Source: Alphaproteobacteria bacterium (GTDB lineage Bacteria; Pseudomonadota; Alphaproteobacteria; Micavibrionales; Micavibrionaceae). From it: DNA of 64,000 bases. The notes below the pieces were generated by a model, which saw only the letters and a program-made list of their open reading frames with translations, was not told the DNA's origin and searched no databases. The DNA is taken from NCBI GenBank assembly GCA_030750865.1, contig JASMHE010000010.1:86534-150533 (forward strand). Direction: 5' to 3'. This document shows, in pieces, positions 28,489 through 37,991 of this stretch; the stretch's first letter is position 1, and the number at the start of each line of letters is the position of its first letter. Position numbers and translations under genes: made by a program.

Positions 28489-29676
28489 CTACTCTGTTAG
28501 ATAATCCTCTACCAGCGTGGCAAACAAGCTTGCGCCGATCGGAATGATATCATCGTTAAAGTCATATTGCGGTGTATGCAAGCCTTGATTATGCGGACTG
28601 TTTTCTTCATCAACAGCTTGTCCGACCAGAATGAAAGCGCCGGGCCGTACAGCCATAAAGCCGCCGAAATCTTCGCCGCCCATGCATGGTGCGCAGTCAC
28701 GATCCACATTTTTGGCATCAACCACCTTTCCGGCGGCATCATACACCATGTCCACACCGTCGGCTGAATTGACGGTCGGGTCGATATTAATATCATAGTC
28801 GATTTCAATCGTTGCGCCGAACATGGCCGCGGTGTGTTCGCAAATTTGTTCGATACGGTCTTTGATCATCATGCGTAAATCGTGCGAGAAGGTCCGAACG
28901 GTGCCCTCGATTTTGCCCTTTTCGGCAATGATGTTCACAGCACCTGTGCCGACATTAATGTTTGTGATGCTCAGCACAGCTGTGTCAATCGGATCGACAT
29001 TACGGCTGACGATGGTCTGTAAGGCATTAATCAGATGGGTGGCGACAATGATCGGGTCTTTTGTCACGTGCGGCATCGCGGCGTGACCGCCTTTGCCTTT
29101 GATATAGATTTCAAACTCGTCCACGCCGGCCAGAAGCGGGCCTGTCCGTGTTGCGATTTCGCCTTTTTTCAGATAGGGCCAGTTATGCAAGCCAAAGATG
29201 TAATCGCAATCAAATTGATCCAGCAGACCGTCATCCATCATGCTGTGCGATCCGCGTCCGCCTTCTTCGGCGGGCTGAAAGATCAGGTGTACTTTACCGT
29301 TAAAGTTTTTTGTGTCGTTCAGATATTTTGCGGCAGCCAGCAATGTGGCTGTATGGCCGTCATGGCCGCATGCATGCATCTTGCCGGGCGTTTTCGAGGC
29401 ATGGGGCAGGCCGGTTTCTTCGGTGATGTTCAGGGCATCCATGTCGGCGCGTAGCCCGATGGATTTGCCGGATGTATCTTTTTGCCCTGTGATAGTTGCG
29501 GCAATGCCGGTCACGCCAAGCCCGTCTTTGAACGGAATGCCCCATTCAGTCAGTTTTTCTTTGATCAGGTTGTTTGCAAAAGTTTCTTCATACATTGTCT
29601 GCGGATTTTCATGCAGTGCGTGGCGCCATTGCGCGGCGTCTTTTCCAATTTCGGCAAGGCTGTTGATGATCGGCAT
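28489..29676 (-). CDS. M20D-family amidohydrolase (N-acyl-amino acid deacylase type)
   Basis: WRHALHENPQ, the metal site ACGHDGH, and FQPAEEGGRGS. The start was set to the ATG at 29676 (AAGGGA 9 nt upstream) rather than 29760. Confidence 0.9.
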   Translation of the reverse strand: MPIINSLAEIGKDAAQWRHALHENPQTMYEETFANNLIKEKLTEWGIPFKDGLGVTGIAATITGQKDTSGKSIGLRADMDALNITEETGLPHASKTPGKMHACGHDGHTATLLAAAKYLNDTKNFNGKVHLIFQPAEEGGRGSHSMMDDGLLDQFDCDYIFGLHNWPYLKKGEIATRTGPLLAGVDEFEIYIKGKGGHAAMPHVTKDPIIVATHLINALQTIVSRNVDPIDTAVLSITNINVGTGAVNIIAEKGKIEGTVRTFSHDLRMMIKDRIEQICEHTAAMFGATIEIDYDINIDPTVNSADGVDMVYDAAGKVVDAKNVDRDCAPCMGGEDFGGFMAVRPGAFILVGQAVDEENSPHNQGLHTPQYDFNDDIIPIGASLFATLVEDYLTE

Positions 29677-29768
29677 AAGATGTTTCCCTTCATTGTCCTT
29701 CGGATGGATTGTCTGTTGCACTTTGCGGTTTCGGCATGGCCGTTGATGACCGGCAGACACGGCAGCGT

Positions 29769-29796
29769 GTTTTGTCAGTGTTCAATATGACAAAAC
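29769..29796. repeat. Inverted repeat between the 303-aa gene and the M20 gene
   Basis: GTTTTGTCA (29769-29777), a 10-nt loop, TGACAAAAC (29788-29796). There is no T-tract, so it could be an operator or a tail-less terminator. Confidence 0.5.
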
Positions 29797-29846
29797 TGGC
29801 GGAATTATCAAGACACAGAATAAAGGAATTCAATATTTCGGGGTGT

Positions 29847-30758
29847 TTAGGGCGATGGCGGCGGTGACAAAGGACCGCTAAAACCGTTTTTGGCATTGAC
29901 CTGCATCAGAATTGATTTGTTCAATTGCCCCTGTGCCAGATATTCAAGGCGCGGGCGTGTCAGACCGATATCGTCAAGCGCGCCGAGATCCAGATCAATG
30001 GTTTCCCCTGTACGCTTATTGAACAGGTAACCATCATCCATAAAGTGGATCAGGATTTGCGCCTGAATACAAAGTGAAACAGGGGTCATGACATACCATG
30101 TTTCGGCATCATCCGGATTTGTGCTCTGGCTTTTATGGATGAAGGCTTGTGATGGATCGTCCAGACTCTGGTCGCACGCCTCGCCGATTTCCTGTGCCAG
30201 TTTCGGATCATGCAGCGGGTCCCAGCCCAGCTTTTGGAAGGTGCGGATCGAGCTTGTGTTGTCATCTTTAATATTGGCGATAAACAAGCGGTTTGGCGCG
30301 GCTTCCCACCATTCTTTCAGAGTGCAGGCCGCAATACAAAGCGCGCCGATTTCAAAGCCTTTAATGTCGGTCAGAACCGTGCCGATTTCCGAGAAGTCAT
30401 GGCCGTTTTTGGGTGGGTTTTGTGGTGGATTCATACGGTATGATAACGCAACAGCATGTGCGATCTCGTCTTCATCCTCCAGATAGGCTGTGGCCTTGTC
30501 CAGCGCAGGGTCAAAGTAGGTGTCCTTGCGGATAAGAACATAATCATCCGGATCGATTTTGCTTTTGTTGGTCGGATGGAAAAAATCATCAAGTTTCACG
30601 CGATCCGCAGCCGCTTTGGAAAAGCTAAGCTTTAGCCAACTCTTTTTGCCTTTCAGGGCATCTATTGTTTGTGTCGTATGACTATTGTCGGACGGTTGGG
30701 TGTTTGCTGTCGCTGATCCATCACCATCGGACACATCGTCCTGCGGTTTCTTCTTCAT
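29847..30758 (-). CDS. Hypothetical protein, 303 aa (possible divergent acetyltransferase-like core)
   Basis: Complete ORF with a polar N-terminus. The segment FIANIKDDNTSSIRTFQKLGW resembles the C-terminal GNAT motif (N-x-x-a-i-x-x-y-x-k-l-G-F), but I see no clear Q/R-x-x-G-x-G/A motif. Confidence 0.65.
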   Translation of the reverse strand: MKKKPQDDVSDGDGSATANTQPSDNSHTTQTIDALKGKKSWLKLSFSKAAADRVKLDDFFHPTNKSKIDPDDYVLIRKDTYFDPALDKATAYLEDEDEIAHAVALSYRMNPPQNPPKNGHDFSEIGTVLTDIKGFEIGALCIAACTLKEWWEAAPNRLFIANIKDDNTSSIRTFQKLGWDPLHDPKLAQEIGEACDQSLDDPSQAFIHKSQSTNPDDAETWYVMTPVSLCIQAQILIHFMDDGYLFNKRTGETIDLDLGALDDIGLTRPRLEYLAQGQLNKSILMQVNAKNGFSGPLSPPPSP

Positions 30759-30889
30759 TCGCTAACCGTTTCCCTGTTCAAACGAGCTTTTATTATGCTC
30801 TTGTTTTTTATAACTAATGGCTCATTATCGTGTAGAAAACGGCGAAACGCAAGTTTCATATATGTTGCGCTGCATTATGCTGTTTATCA

Positions 30890-31915
30890 CTATATCTTGG
30901 TCTTGCGCGGATCAAAGGCATCCCGTACCGCTTCACCGATAAATGTCAGTAATGTCAGCATCACCGCCAGAATGATAAAGGCCGTAAAGCCGAGCCACGG
31001 TGCTTGCAGGTTGTTTTTGCCTTGTGCAAGCAACTCGCCGAGGGACGGCGAGCCGGGCGGCAGGCCCAGCCCCAGAAAATCAAGACTTGTCAGCGCTGTG
31101 ATGGAGCCTGTCAGAATAAAAGGCATCAAAGTCAGGGTGGCGACCATTGCATTGGGCAGGATGTGACGCCACATGATTTTGCTGTTGGAAACACCAAGCG
31201 CGTGTGCGGCCCGCACATAATCAAAGTTCCGCGTGCGCAGAAATTCGGCGCGGACCACATCCACTAATTGCACCCATGAAAAGAGAAGTAAAATAAGCAG
31301 TAACGTCCAGAAGCCGGGGACGAACATGGAGGAAAAGATAATCAAAATGAACAAGCTTGGCATACTGGTCCAGATTTCAATGACCCGCTGCAGGGTCAGG
31401 TCCAGCCAACCACCGTAATAGCCTTGAAACGCGCCGGCTGTGATCCCGATGATGGAACTGACAACGGTCAAGATCAATCCGAACAGAACCGAGATACGAA
31501 AACCGTATATAACACGTGCCATAACATCGCGCCCTTGATCGTCTGTGCCGAGCCAGTTTTCTGTCGTCGGCGGGGACGGGGCCGGTTGCGGTAAGTTATA
31601 ATTGATCGTGTCATAGGAAAAACGAATGAGAGGCCAGATGATCCAGCCTTTTTCATTGATTAAATCCTGTACGAAGGGGTCGCGATATTCGGCTTCCGTC
31701 TCGAAATCGCCGCCAAATTCCGTTTCTGCATAGCTTTCGAAAACGGGCATATAAAACGCCCCGTCATAACGCACCAGAATCGGTTTGTCATTGGCCAGAA
31801 ATTCTGCACCAAGACATAGAATGAAAAGAAATAAGAATATCCAGAAGCTCCAATAGCCGCGCTTATTGGCTTTGAATTGATGCAGTCTGCGCTGTGTGAT
31901 CGGTGATAATGTCAT
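30890..31915 (-). CDS. yejE: Peptide ABC transporter permease (YejE-like)
   Basis: The start was moved to MTLSPITQRRLHQFKANKRGYWSF (ATG 31915, 1 nt after the yejB stop). It has a BPD-type permease core with an EAA-like loop (FDYVRAAHALGVS). Confidence 0.88.
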   Translation of the reverse strand: MTLSPITQRRLHQFKANKRGYWSFWIFLFLFILCLGAEFLANDKPILVRYDGAFYMPVFESYAETEFGGDFETEAEYRDPFVQDLINEKGWIIWPLIRFSYDTINYNLPQPAPSPPTTENWLGTDDQGRDVMARVIYGFRISVLFGLILTVVSSIIGITAGAFQGYYGGWLDLTLQRVIEIWTSMPSLFILIIFSSMFVPGFWTLLLILLLFSWVQLVDVVRAEFLRTRNFDYVRAAHALGVSNSKIMWRHILPNAMVATLTLMPFILTGSITALTSLDFLGLGLPPGSPSLGELLAQGKNNLQAPWLGFTAFIILAVMLTLLTFIGEAVRDAFDPRKTKI

Positions 31916-31916
31916 G

Positions 31917-33017
31917 TCAGCGGGCCTCGAAATCAATGCGTGGATCGACCATAACATAGACAAAGTCGCGGATGAGCGTCATGACCAGTCCGATGAGGGC
32001 GAAAATATATAATGTCCCCAATACGACCGGATAATCGCGGTTGATGATCGATTCATAGCCAAGCAGCCCCAGACCGTCGAGCGAGAAGATAACCTCGATC
32101 AGCAGCGAGCCTGTGAAGAAGATTGCAAGAAAGGCGCTCGGGAAACCGGCAATGACAATCAGCATCGCATTGCGGAAGATATGACCGTATAAAACGTTCT
32201 TTTCTTCCAGCCCCTTTGCCCGCGCCGTCAGCACATATTGTTTATTGATTTCATCCAGAAATGAATTTTTGGTCAGCATAGTCAGTCCGGCAAAGCCGCT
32301 GATAACCATAGACAGGATCGGTAGAGTCATGTGCCAGAAATAATCGATAATCTGTCCGATCAATGTCATGTCATCAAAGCCATCCGATGTCAGGCCGCGT
32401 AGCGGGAATAAATCGAAATACCGTCCGCCTGCGAACAGGATAATCAGCAAGATGGCAAACATAAAGCTGGGAATAGCATAGCCGATGAAGATGGCCGCAC
32501 TGGTCCAGATATCGAACTTTTCACCGTCATGGACGGCCTTTTTTATGCCCAGCGGTATGGAGATCAGGTAAATAATCAATGTTGACCATAGGCCAAGTGA
32601 GATCGAGACGGGGAGTTTTTCAGCGACCAGTTCAAAGACGCCGATATCCCGGTAATAGCTTTCCCCCAGATCAAATTGTAGATAATTTTTGACCATAATG
32701 AAAAAACGTTCATGGGCGGGTTTGTCAAAGCCGTACATTTTTTCCAGTTCCGCGATGAAATCCGGATCAAGCCCTTGCGCGCCACGGTAAGACGAGCCAT
32801 CGCCCGTGCCTTGCGTACCACTGCCATTGCCGGCGAGATCACCTGTGGCACTGCCGGAAAAGCGGGCCGTGGCGTCTGCGCCGTGCCCTTGTATCTGGGC
32901 AATCATGCGTTCAACAGGGCCGCCGGGTACAAATTGTATAATCACAAAAGAAATAAGCATGATGCCGAGCATCGTCGGCAAAATCAGCAACATTCTTTTT
33001 AAGAAATAATTGAACAT
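31917..33017 (-). CDS. yejB: Peptide ABC transporter permease (YejB-like)
   Basis: [15 protein letters not shown] start (ATG 33017). It is a DppB/OppB-type permease with an extended periplasmic loop and TARAKGL in the EAA loop. Confidence 0.88.
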   Translation of the reverse strand: MFNYFLKRMLLILPTMLGIMLISFVIIQFVPGGPVERMIAQIQGHGADATARFSGSATGDLAGNGSGTQGTGDGSSYRGAQGLDPDFIAELEKMYGFDKPAHERFFIMVKNYLQFDLGESYYRDIGVFELVAEKLPVSISLGLWSTLIIYLISIPLGIKKAVHDGEKFDIWTSAAIFIGYAIPSFMFAILLIILFAGGRYFDLFPLRGLTSDGFDDMTLIGQIIDYFWHMTLPILSMVISGFAGLTMLTKNSFLDEINKQYVLTARAKGLEEKNVLYGHIFRNAMLIVIAGFPSAFLAIFFTGSLLIEVIFSLDGLGLLGYESIINRDYPVVLGTLYIFALIGLVMTLIRDFVYVMVDPRIDFEAR

Positions 33018-33251
33018 GCGCAAAAGGGTAAAGGCTCGGCCGACGCAAATCAATTCGATTTATGTGCCGAAACCGGAATATCCTTGCTTTTGTTAAGATC
33101 GCAGTAATGCTTTGTCTTTATGATGGAGCATATGTTTTTCTTGCACAGACCATCTATTTGCTATAATGTGTTATTTGCATAATTAATTTGTGCGAAAAAT
33201 AGACAGCATTTGTGTTAAGATTGTCTATGTTGAGAATATAAGGGAGAAGTC

Positions 33252-33650
33252 ATGGGACTTTTATTTATGATTTTATATCCGCTGATCACGTTCATCTCGT
33301 GTACAGCCTATTGGCCGCAAATCAAGAAATTGATGAAGAGCAGTTCAGGGTCGCCGGATTTTTGTTTGAAAACGTGGTTTTTGTGGGTGCTTGAAAGCGT
33401 GGTGATCGCCGGATATGCTTATTTCACCATGAGTGATTTGATTTTTGCAGTGACGGCTTGTGTGCCGCTTGTGCTTGATTGCATCATCATTTATCTGGTG
33501 CTGCGCAACCGTTTTGTGCGCACTGGGCAGGCAAGTGGCACGGTCGATGCCTTAGGCCTGTGGCTTAGAATGACGGCATATGACATGATGACAAAACAGC
33601 AAGCGCTCTTCGTACGTGTTAAAAGCGATGCGCCGCGCGTGCGTGACTAA
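33252..33650 (+). CDS. PQ-loop / SemiSWEET-like small membrane protein with a C-terminal extension
   Basis: Strong SD (AGGGAGAAGTC before the ATG). It has three TM helices and the PQ-loop pattern SCTAYWPQIKKLMKSSSGSPDFCLKTWFLWVLESVVIAGYA. A soluble tail of about 45 aa follows. Confidence 0.55.
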   Translation: MGLLFMILYPLITFISCTAYWPQIKKLMKSSSGSPDFCLKTWFLWVLESVVIAGYAYFTMSDLIFAVTACVPLVLDCIIIYLVLRNRFVRTGQASGTVDALGLWLRMTAYDMMTKQQALFVRVKSDAPRVRD

Positions 33651-33669
33651 TTGATTGTAAGGGCGGTTC

Positions 33670-34302
33670 TTATTCAGCCAAAGGCGGTTTTAGATTCCAT
33701 TCCCGTACAGACCAATATTGACCGTCATGGTCCAGAATACAGATAGCACCCGTTGAAATTTTCAGCGGGTGTTTTTCGTGGAATGCATCAATATCGACTA
33801 GAATATGCGGCGCAAAGCGGGCGATACCGTTGGATGTCACGACCAGAATTGTTTCATCCTTGAAGCTGTCGAGCAGGTTGGCGGCAAAGTGGTGCCAATT
33901 GCGGATAATATCGGCTGGGGATACGTTCCAGTCCGGCGGTACGGTTGCATCGCGGTCCCATGCTGTAATGGCGTCCTGTCCGATGCGTGCGACCACTTCG
34001 GCTTCGGTCTTGTCTTCGTCAGGGCCGTAATCGATCTCGTCAAAGATTTTCAGGGGAACCATCGGTGCGCTTGGACGTCCGGCTTCCTGTAATGCCGTAT
34101 AGGCGGTTTCCATTGTGCGTTGAAGGCGCGATGTGAAAACGCGGTCTGGAATCATGTCGTGATCGGCCAGATAGCGGCCGATCGCCGTGCCTTGCGCGCG
34201 GCCTTTGGATGTCAGCGGTATATTCGTTTTCGCACCAACGCGGCGCGGTGTTTCGTGTGATTCGAATGTGTTGCCGTGGCGGGCGATAATTAAACGGGTC
34301 AT
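33670..34302 (-). CDS. Histidine phosphatase (phosphoglycerate mutase) family protein
   Basis: RHG motif at the N-terminus (LIIARHGNT) and SRLQRTMETA. The start overlaps the kdsB stop (ATGA). Confidence 0.88.
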   Translation of the reverse strand: MTRLIIARHGNTFESHETPRRVGAKTNIPLTSKGRAQGTAIGRYLADHDMIPDRVFTSRLQRTMETAYTALQEAGRPSAPMVPLKIFDEIDYGPDEDKTEAEVVARIGQDAITAWDRDATVPPDWNVSPADIIRNWHHFAANLLDSFKDETILVVTSNGIARFAPHILVDIDAFHEKHPLKISTGAICILDHDGQYWSVREWNLKPPLAE

Positions 34303-35204
34303 TCTGTTTCTGTTGCGGTTGTGGTGGCGGTGTGTGCCTGTTCTGTTTGATACGATTCTGTTTGGCGTTGCTCTGTTTGGGAAAGCAATGTCTCGATACG
34401 GGCCACATCTTCGGGGGAATCGACGCCGGCTTGCGCCATGCCCGCATCAACATCCAAAAAGACGGCCTTGATTTCAATGCCATTTTCCAGCATGCGGAGC
34501 TGCTCCAGCCCTTCGAGCTGTTCATAGGGGCTTTGCGGAATATTCACGTAATATTCAAGTACATCAAGGCGATAACCATAAAGGCCAAGATGCTGCAGCA
34601 CAGGCGAATATTCGCCTTCCTGTCGCAGGGCTTGTTCGTTGCGGATCGCGGGAATGATGGTTTTGGAAAACCATAGCGCATCATTGTGGGCGTTGACGAT
34701 GGCCGTCGTGCCGCTGAACGGTGTTGTTTTCTTGCTCTCACGCAAGGCATCCAGTTCGGACCAACGTAATTTTATCACGGGGGTTACGACATCGGCTTGC
34801 TCGGTTTCAAGGCGCGAGATCATTTTTGCGATGGCATCTGCGGGCGTGCAGGGGGCATCACCCTGCAGGCCGATCACGAAATCGTAAGTCTTTCCGGTTT
34901 TCTGCACGGCTTCCAGCAGGCGGTCTGATCCGGTCGGACAGTCAGCTGATGTCATGATGCACGGCACGCCGATCTCACGGCAGTGCTCTTCGATGCGTGT
35001 ATCTTCCGTGGCGACATAAAGATCAATGTCAGGGTTGGCATCACTTGCTTTGCGGCCGACTTCCACAACACGTTGCAGCATGCTCTGGCCCGCAATCTTT
35101 GCCAGTGGCTTGCCGGGAAAGCGCGTTGATCCGTAGCGCGCGGGAATAATGATGGCGGTCCGTTTTGTCCCGTGGTCGTTATCGTGATCGTCTGTCATAT
35201 TCAT
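34299..35204 (-). CDS. kdsB: 3-deoxy-manno-octulosonate cytidylyltransferase with a Thr/Gln/Glu-rich C-terminal tail
   Basis: AIIIPARYGSTRFPGKPL, GLQGDAP and LEQLR. The start is ambiguous (35204 or 35198; the ORF-track start at 35243 would overlap yejA). About 45 extra C-terminal residues are present (...TEQRQTESYQTEQAHTATTTATETE). Confidence 0.9.
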   Translation of the reverse strand: MNMTDDHDNDHGTKRTAIIIPARYGSTRFPGKPLAKIAGQSMLQRVVEVGRKASDANPDIDLYVATEDTRIEEHCREIGVPCIMTSADCPTGSDRLLEAVQKTGKTYDFVIGLQGDAPCTPADAIAKMISRLETEQADVVTPVIKLRWSELDALRESKKTTPFSGTTAIVNAHNDALWFSKTIIPAIRNEQALRQEGEYSPVLQHLGLYGYRLDVLEYYVNIPQSPYEQLEGLEQLRMLENGIEIKAVFLDVDAGMAQAGVDSPEDVARIETLLSQTEQRQTESYQTEQAHTATTTATETE

Positions 35205-35218
35205 CTTTCTTGCGTCCT

Positions 35219-37066
35219 TTATTGAGCCGCTTTTGCCCACCATGTATCGATATAGCCCAGATTGTACGGCGCTTGTTTCTCCGGTTTATCGAATTTGTCC
35301 CAGTATGCAACGCGCCATGCCGGAATGTGCCAGTTCGGAATGACATACCAGCCGAATTGCAAGACACGGTCGAGCGCCCGTGTGCGCGTCACAAGTTCAT
35401 CCCGCGTTTGCGCCGTGACAATTTCCCCGACCAGATCGTCAACAATGTCGGATTGGATGCCGAGATAATTACGTGATCCGGGCTGGTCGGCTTTGTCTGA
35501 GCCCCAATATTCGCGCTGTTCATTGCCGGGGGATGTTGATTGCCCCCAGCTGGCGACGATCAGGTCATAATCGAAATTCAAAATACGGTTCATATATTGA
35601 GAGGCATCAACAATGCGGATTTCAGATGCGATACCGATCCGTTCCAGATTCTTTTTATAGGGTTGATACCAGCGTTCGAAGGCCGCATTGATGTTGGAAA
35701 CAAGAAATTCAAAACGTAATTCTTCGCCTGTTTCCGGATCAAGGCGGATTTTGTTCGGTCCCATTTTGTATCCTGCATCATTCAGCAGTGTCATGGCTTT
35801 GCGCAGGTTTTTGCGGTTATTGCCTGATCCGTCTGTTTCGGGCGGATTGAATTCTGTTGTGAACAGAGCCTCAGGCAAGCGATCGCGATAGGGGGCCAGC
35901 AAGGCAAGCTCGGCGTCCGAAGGCAGGCCTTTTGCTTCCATGTCGGAATTTTGGAAATAACTGCGCGTTCTGGTGTACGCGCCATAGGCAAACTGCTTGT
36001 TTGACCATTCAAAATCAAAGGCATAATTCATGGCTTTGCGTACGGCGATGTCCTGAAAGATCGGACGGCGCAAATTCATGGCAAAGGCCTGCATGCCTTG
36101 CGGAATGCTGTTTTCAATATAGTCTTTGATGATGTCACCATTTTCAACCGGCGGCGCGTCATAGGCCGTGGCCCACAGCTTTGCCGTATATTCTTGACGG
36201 AAATCATATTCGCCGGCGAATAACGCTTCGAGCGAGACATTTTGATCGCGGTAATAATCAAAGCGGATCGTGTCAAAATTGTAACGTCCCTTATAAACGG
36301 GCAGGCCCGCTGCCCACCAGTCTTTGATCCGTGTAAAGGTGACAGTACGTCCGGCGGTAAAATCACTGATTTTATATGGGCCGCTACCGACGGGTGGTTC
36401 GAGGGTAGTGTTTTCGAATTTGCGCTCTTCGGCTGTCCAGTAATGTTTGGGCAGTACAGACATTTCGCCGACGATTAATGGCAATTCGCGGTTATTGGCT
36501 TCGGTGAAGCTGAATTTGACGGTCTTGTCATCAATGGCTTCGACGGTTTCGACATGCGCATAATAGGCACGGAAAAACGGCGCGCCTTTTTCAATTAATG
36601 TGTTGAATGTCCAGACAACATCATCGGCGGTCACGGGTTTGCCATCGTGCCAGATGGCATCCTCACGGATTTTGAATATAACCCAACTGCGATCTTCCGG
36701 CGTGGTGATGGTTTCGGCAAGCGCGCCATATTGGCTGAAGGCTTCATCCTGTGATTTTTCCATCAGGGATTGATAGAGAAGTCCAAGACCGCTGGCAGAC
36801 ACGCCCTTTGTAATAAAGCCATTGAAGTTATCAAATGTTTCCGCGCCGGACAGGTTCATGATGCCGCCCTTTGGTGCGTCGGGGTTCACATAGTCGAAAT
36901 GTACGAAGTCTTTGCCGTATTTGGCATCGCCATGCATCGCGATGGCATGTGATGTTGTGGTGTCTGCCTGCGCTGATACAGCGAAGCTTGCTGTGGTAAG
37001 TAAGCATACAAGCGTGAAAATTACGGAGGCCGCATTAAACATGTTTTGTGTCGGGCGAAATGTCAT
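35219..37066 (-). CDS. yejA: Periplasmic peptide-binding protein of an ABC transporter (YejA-like, family 5 SBP)
   Basis: 615 aa. It has a signal peptide (LVCLLTTASFAVSAQA) and family-5 solute-binding architecture of YejA length. Confidence 0.85.
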   Translation of the reverse strand: MTFRPTQNMFNAASVIFTLVCLLTTASFAVSAQADTTTSHAIAMHGDAKYGKDFVHFDYVNPDAPKGGIMNLSGAETFDNFNGFITKGVSASGLGLLYQSLMEKSQDEAFSQYGALAETITTPEDRSWVIFKIREDAIWHDGKPVTADDVVWTFNTLIEKGAPFFRAYYAHVETVEAIDDKTVKFSFTEANNRELPLIVGEMSVLPKHYWTAEERKFENTTLEPPVGSGPYKISDFTAGRTVTFTRIKDWWAAGLPVYKGRYNFDTIRFDYYRDQNVSLEALFAGEYDFRQEYTAKLWATAYDAPPVENGDIIKDYIENSIPQGMQAFAMNLRRPIFQDIAVRKAMNYAFDFEWSNKQFAYGAYTRTRSYFQNSDMEAKGLPSDAELALLAPYRDRLPEALFTTEFNPPETDGSGNNRKNLRKAMTLLNDAGYKMGPNKIRLDPETGEELRFEFLVSNINAAFERWYQPYKKNLERIGIASEIRIVDASQYMNRILNFDYDLIVASWGQSTSPGNEQREYWGSDKADQPGSRNYLGIQSDIVDDLVGEIVTAQTRDELVTRTRALDRVLQFGWYVIPNWHIPAWRVAYWDKFDKPEKQAPYNLGYIDTWWAKAAQ

Positions 37067-37082
37067 ATCGTATTCTATCCTG

Positions 37083-37991
37083 TTACCATTCCAAATGATG
37101 CATAAAAGCCGTTGGCTGAACGGCGTATTGTTGAGTAAAAAATGTCAGGCGGTCAGAGTCAATTCCGCCGCGCGGTTTAATCACGTCTTTTATTTCTTCG
37201 TAATGGATGCCGACCATGTTCAAAACACAATCAATACCGAAATGACAGGCACCGGCCATGTCGGTTTTGAATGAATCGCCGACGGCAAGCATTTTGTCTT
37301 TTGGGGGCATGCCGAGGCGCTTACGGGCTTCGGTATAAATTTGCGGGTGCGGCTTGCCGTGGTATGACACATGTCCGCCCATCTGTTCATATTGCAAGGC
37401 AAATGTTCCGGCACATTGGAATTGCCGGTCGCCGATATTCACGACCATGTCGGGGTTTGCGCACACCATCGGCAAATTGCGGGCGATTCCGGTTTCCCAG
37501 ATTGTCTGGATGTGCGGCACTTCTTTGTCCTGCTGACCGGAGATTGCATTCAGAATAAAATCAGCGCGCTCTATGTTGTCTGTAATCGTGATGTCGATCC
37601 CTTCGAACAAAGCGTGGAAGCGTTCGATCCCTGCAAAATAACCGCATTGGCCGTGCAGTGTTTCCAGCTTCGCGCGGGCAGAATCTCCGGCTGTGACAAT
37701 GTCATCATACAGCGTTTGCGGCAGGCCGATGGCGTCGAGATCTTCGATAATGCCGTCTTTCAGGCGCGGCGTATTTGAAACAAGGCAAATGGATTTACCG
37801 TTTGCTTTCAAGTGTTCAAGGCAATTGATCGTGCCGCTGTAAAGTTCAACGCCATTATGCAGTACGCCGAATATATCCAGAATAAACGCATCGTATCCTT
37901 CGGCGATTGCGGACAAGCCTGGAATAAAACGTGGTTCCGGAAGGGGTGTGTCGGTATCGTGTTGTGGCATGGCGTGCGAGTGATCGTTCAT
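37083..37991 (-). CDS. HAD-superfamily class IIA hydrolase
   Basis: 302 aa. Motif I is ILDIFGVLHNG, followed by LVSNTPR and the C-terminal GDSFKTDM. The start overlaps the stop of the upstream EAL gene (ATGA). Confidence 0.85.
   Translation of the reverse strand: MNDHSHAMPQHDTDTPLPEPRFIPGLSAIAEGYDAFILDIFGVLHNGVELYSGTINCLEHLKANGKSICLVSNTPRLKDGIIEDLDAIGLPQTLYDDIVTAGDSARAKLETLHGQCGYFAGIERFHALFEGIDITITDNIERADFILNAISGQQDKEVPHIQTIWETGIARNLPMVCANPDMVVNIGDRQFQCAGTFALQYEQMGGHVSYHGKPHPQIYTEARKRLGMPPKDKMLAVGDSFKTDMAGACHFGIDCVLNMVGIHYEEIKDVIKPRGGIDSDRLTFFTQQYAVQPTAFMHHLEW

Noticed and set aside
34040-34525. 161-aa minus-strand ORF overlapping the phosphatase/kdsB junction
   Set aside because: It is out of frame with two confidently assigned, translationally coupled genes. 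The translation is Arg/Pro/Ser-rich, so it is a shadow ORF.
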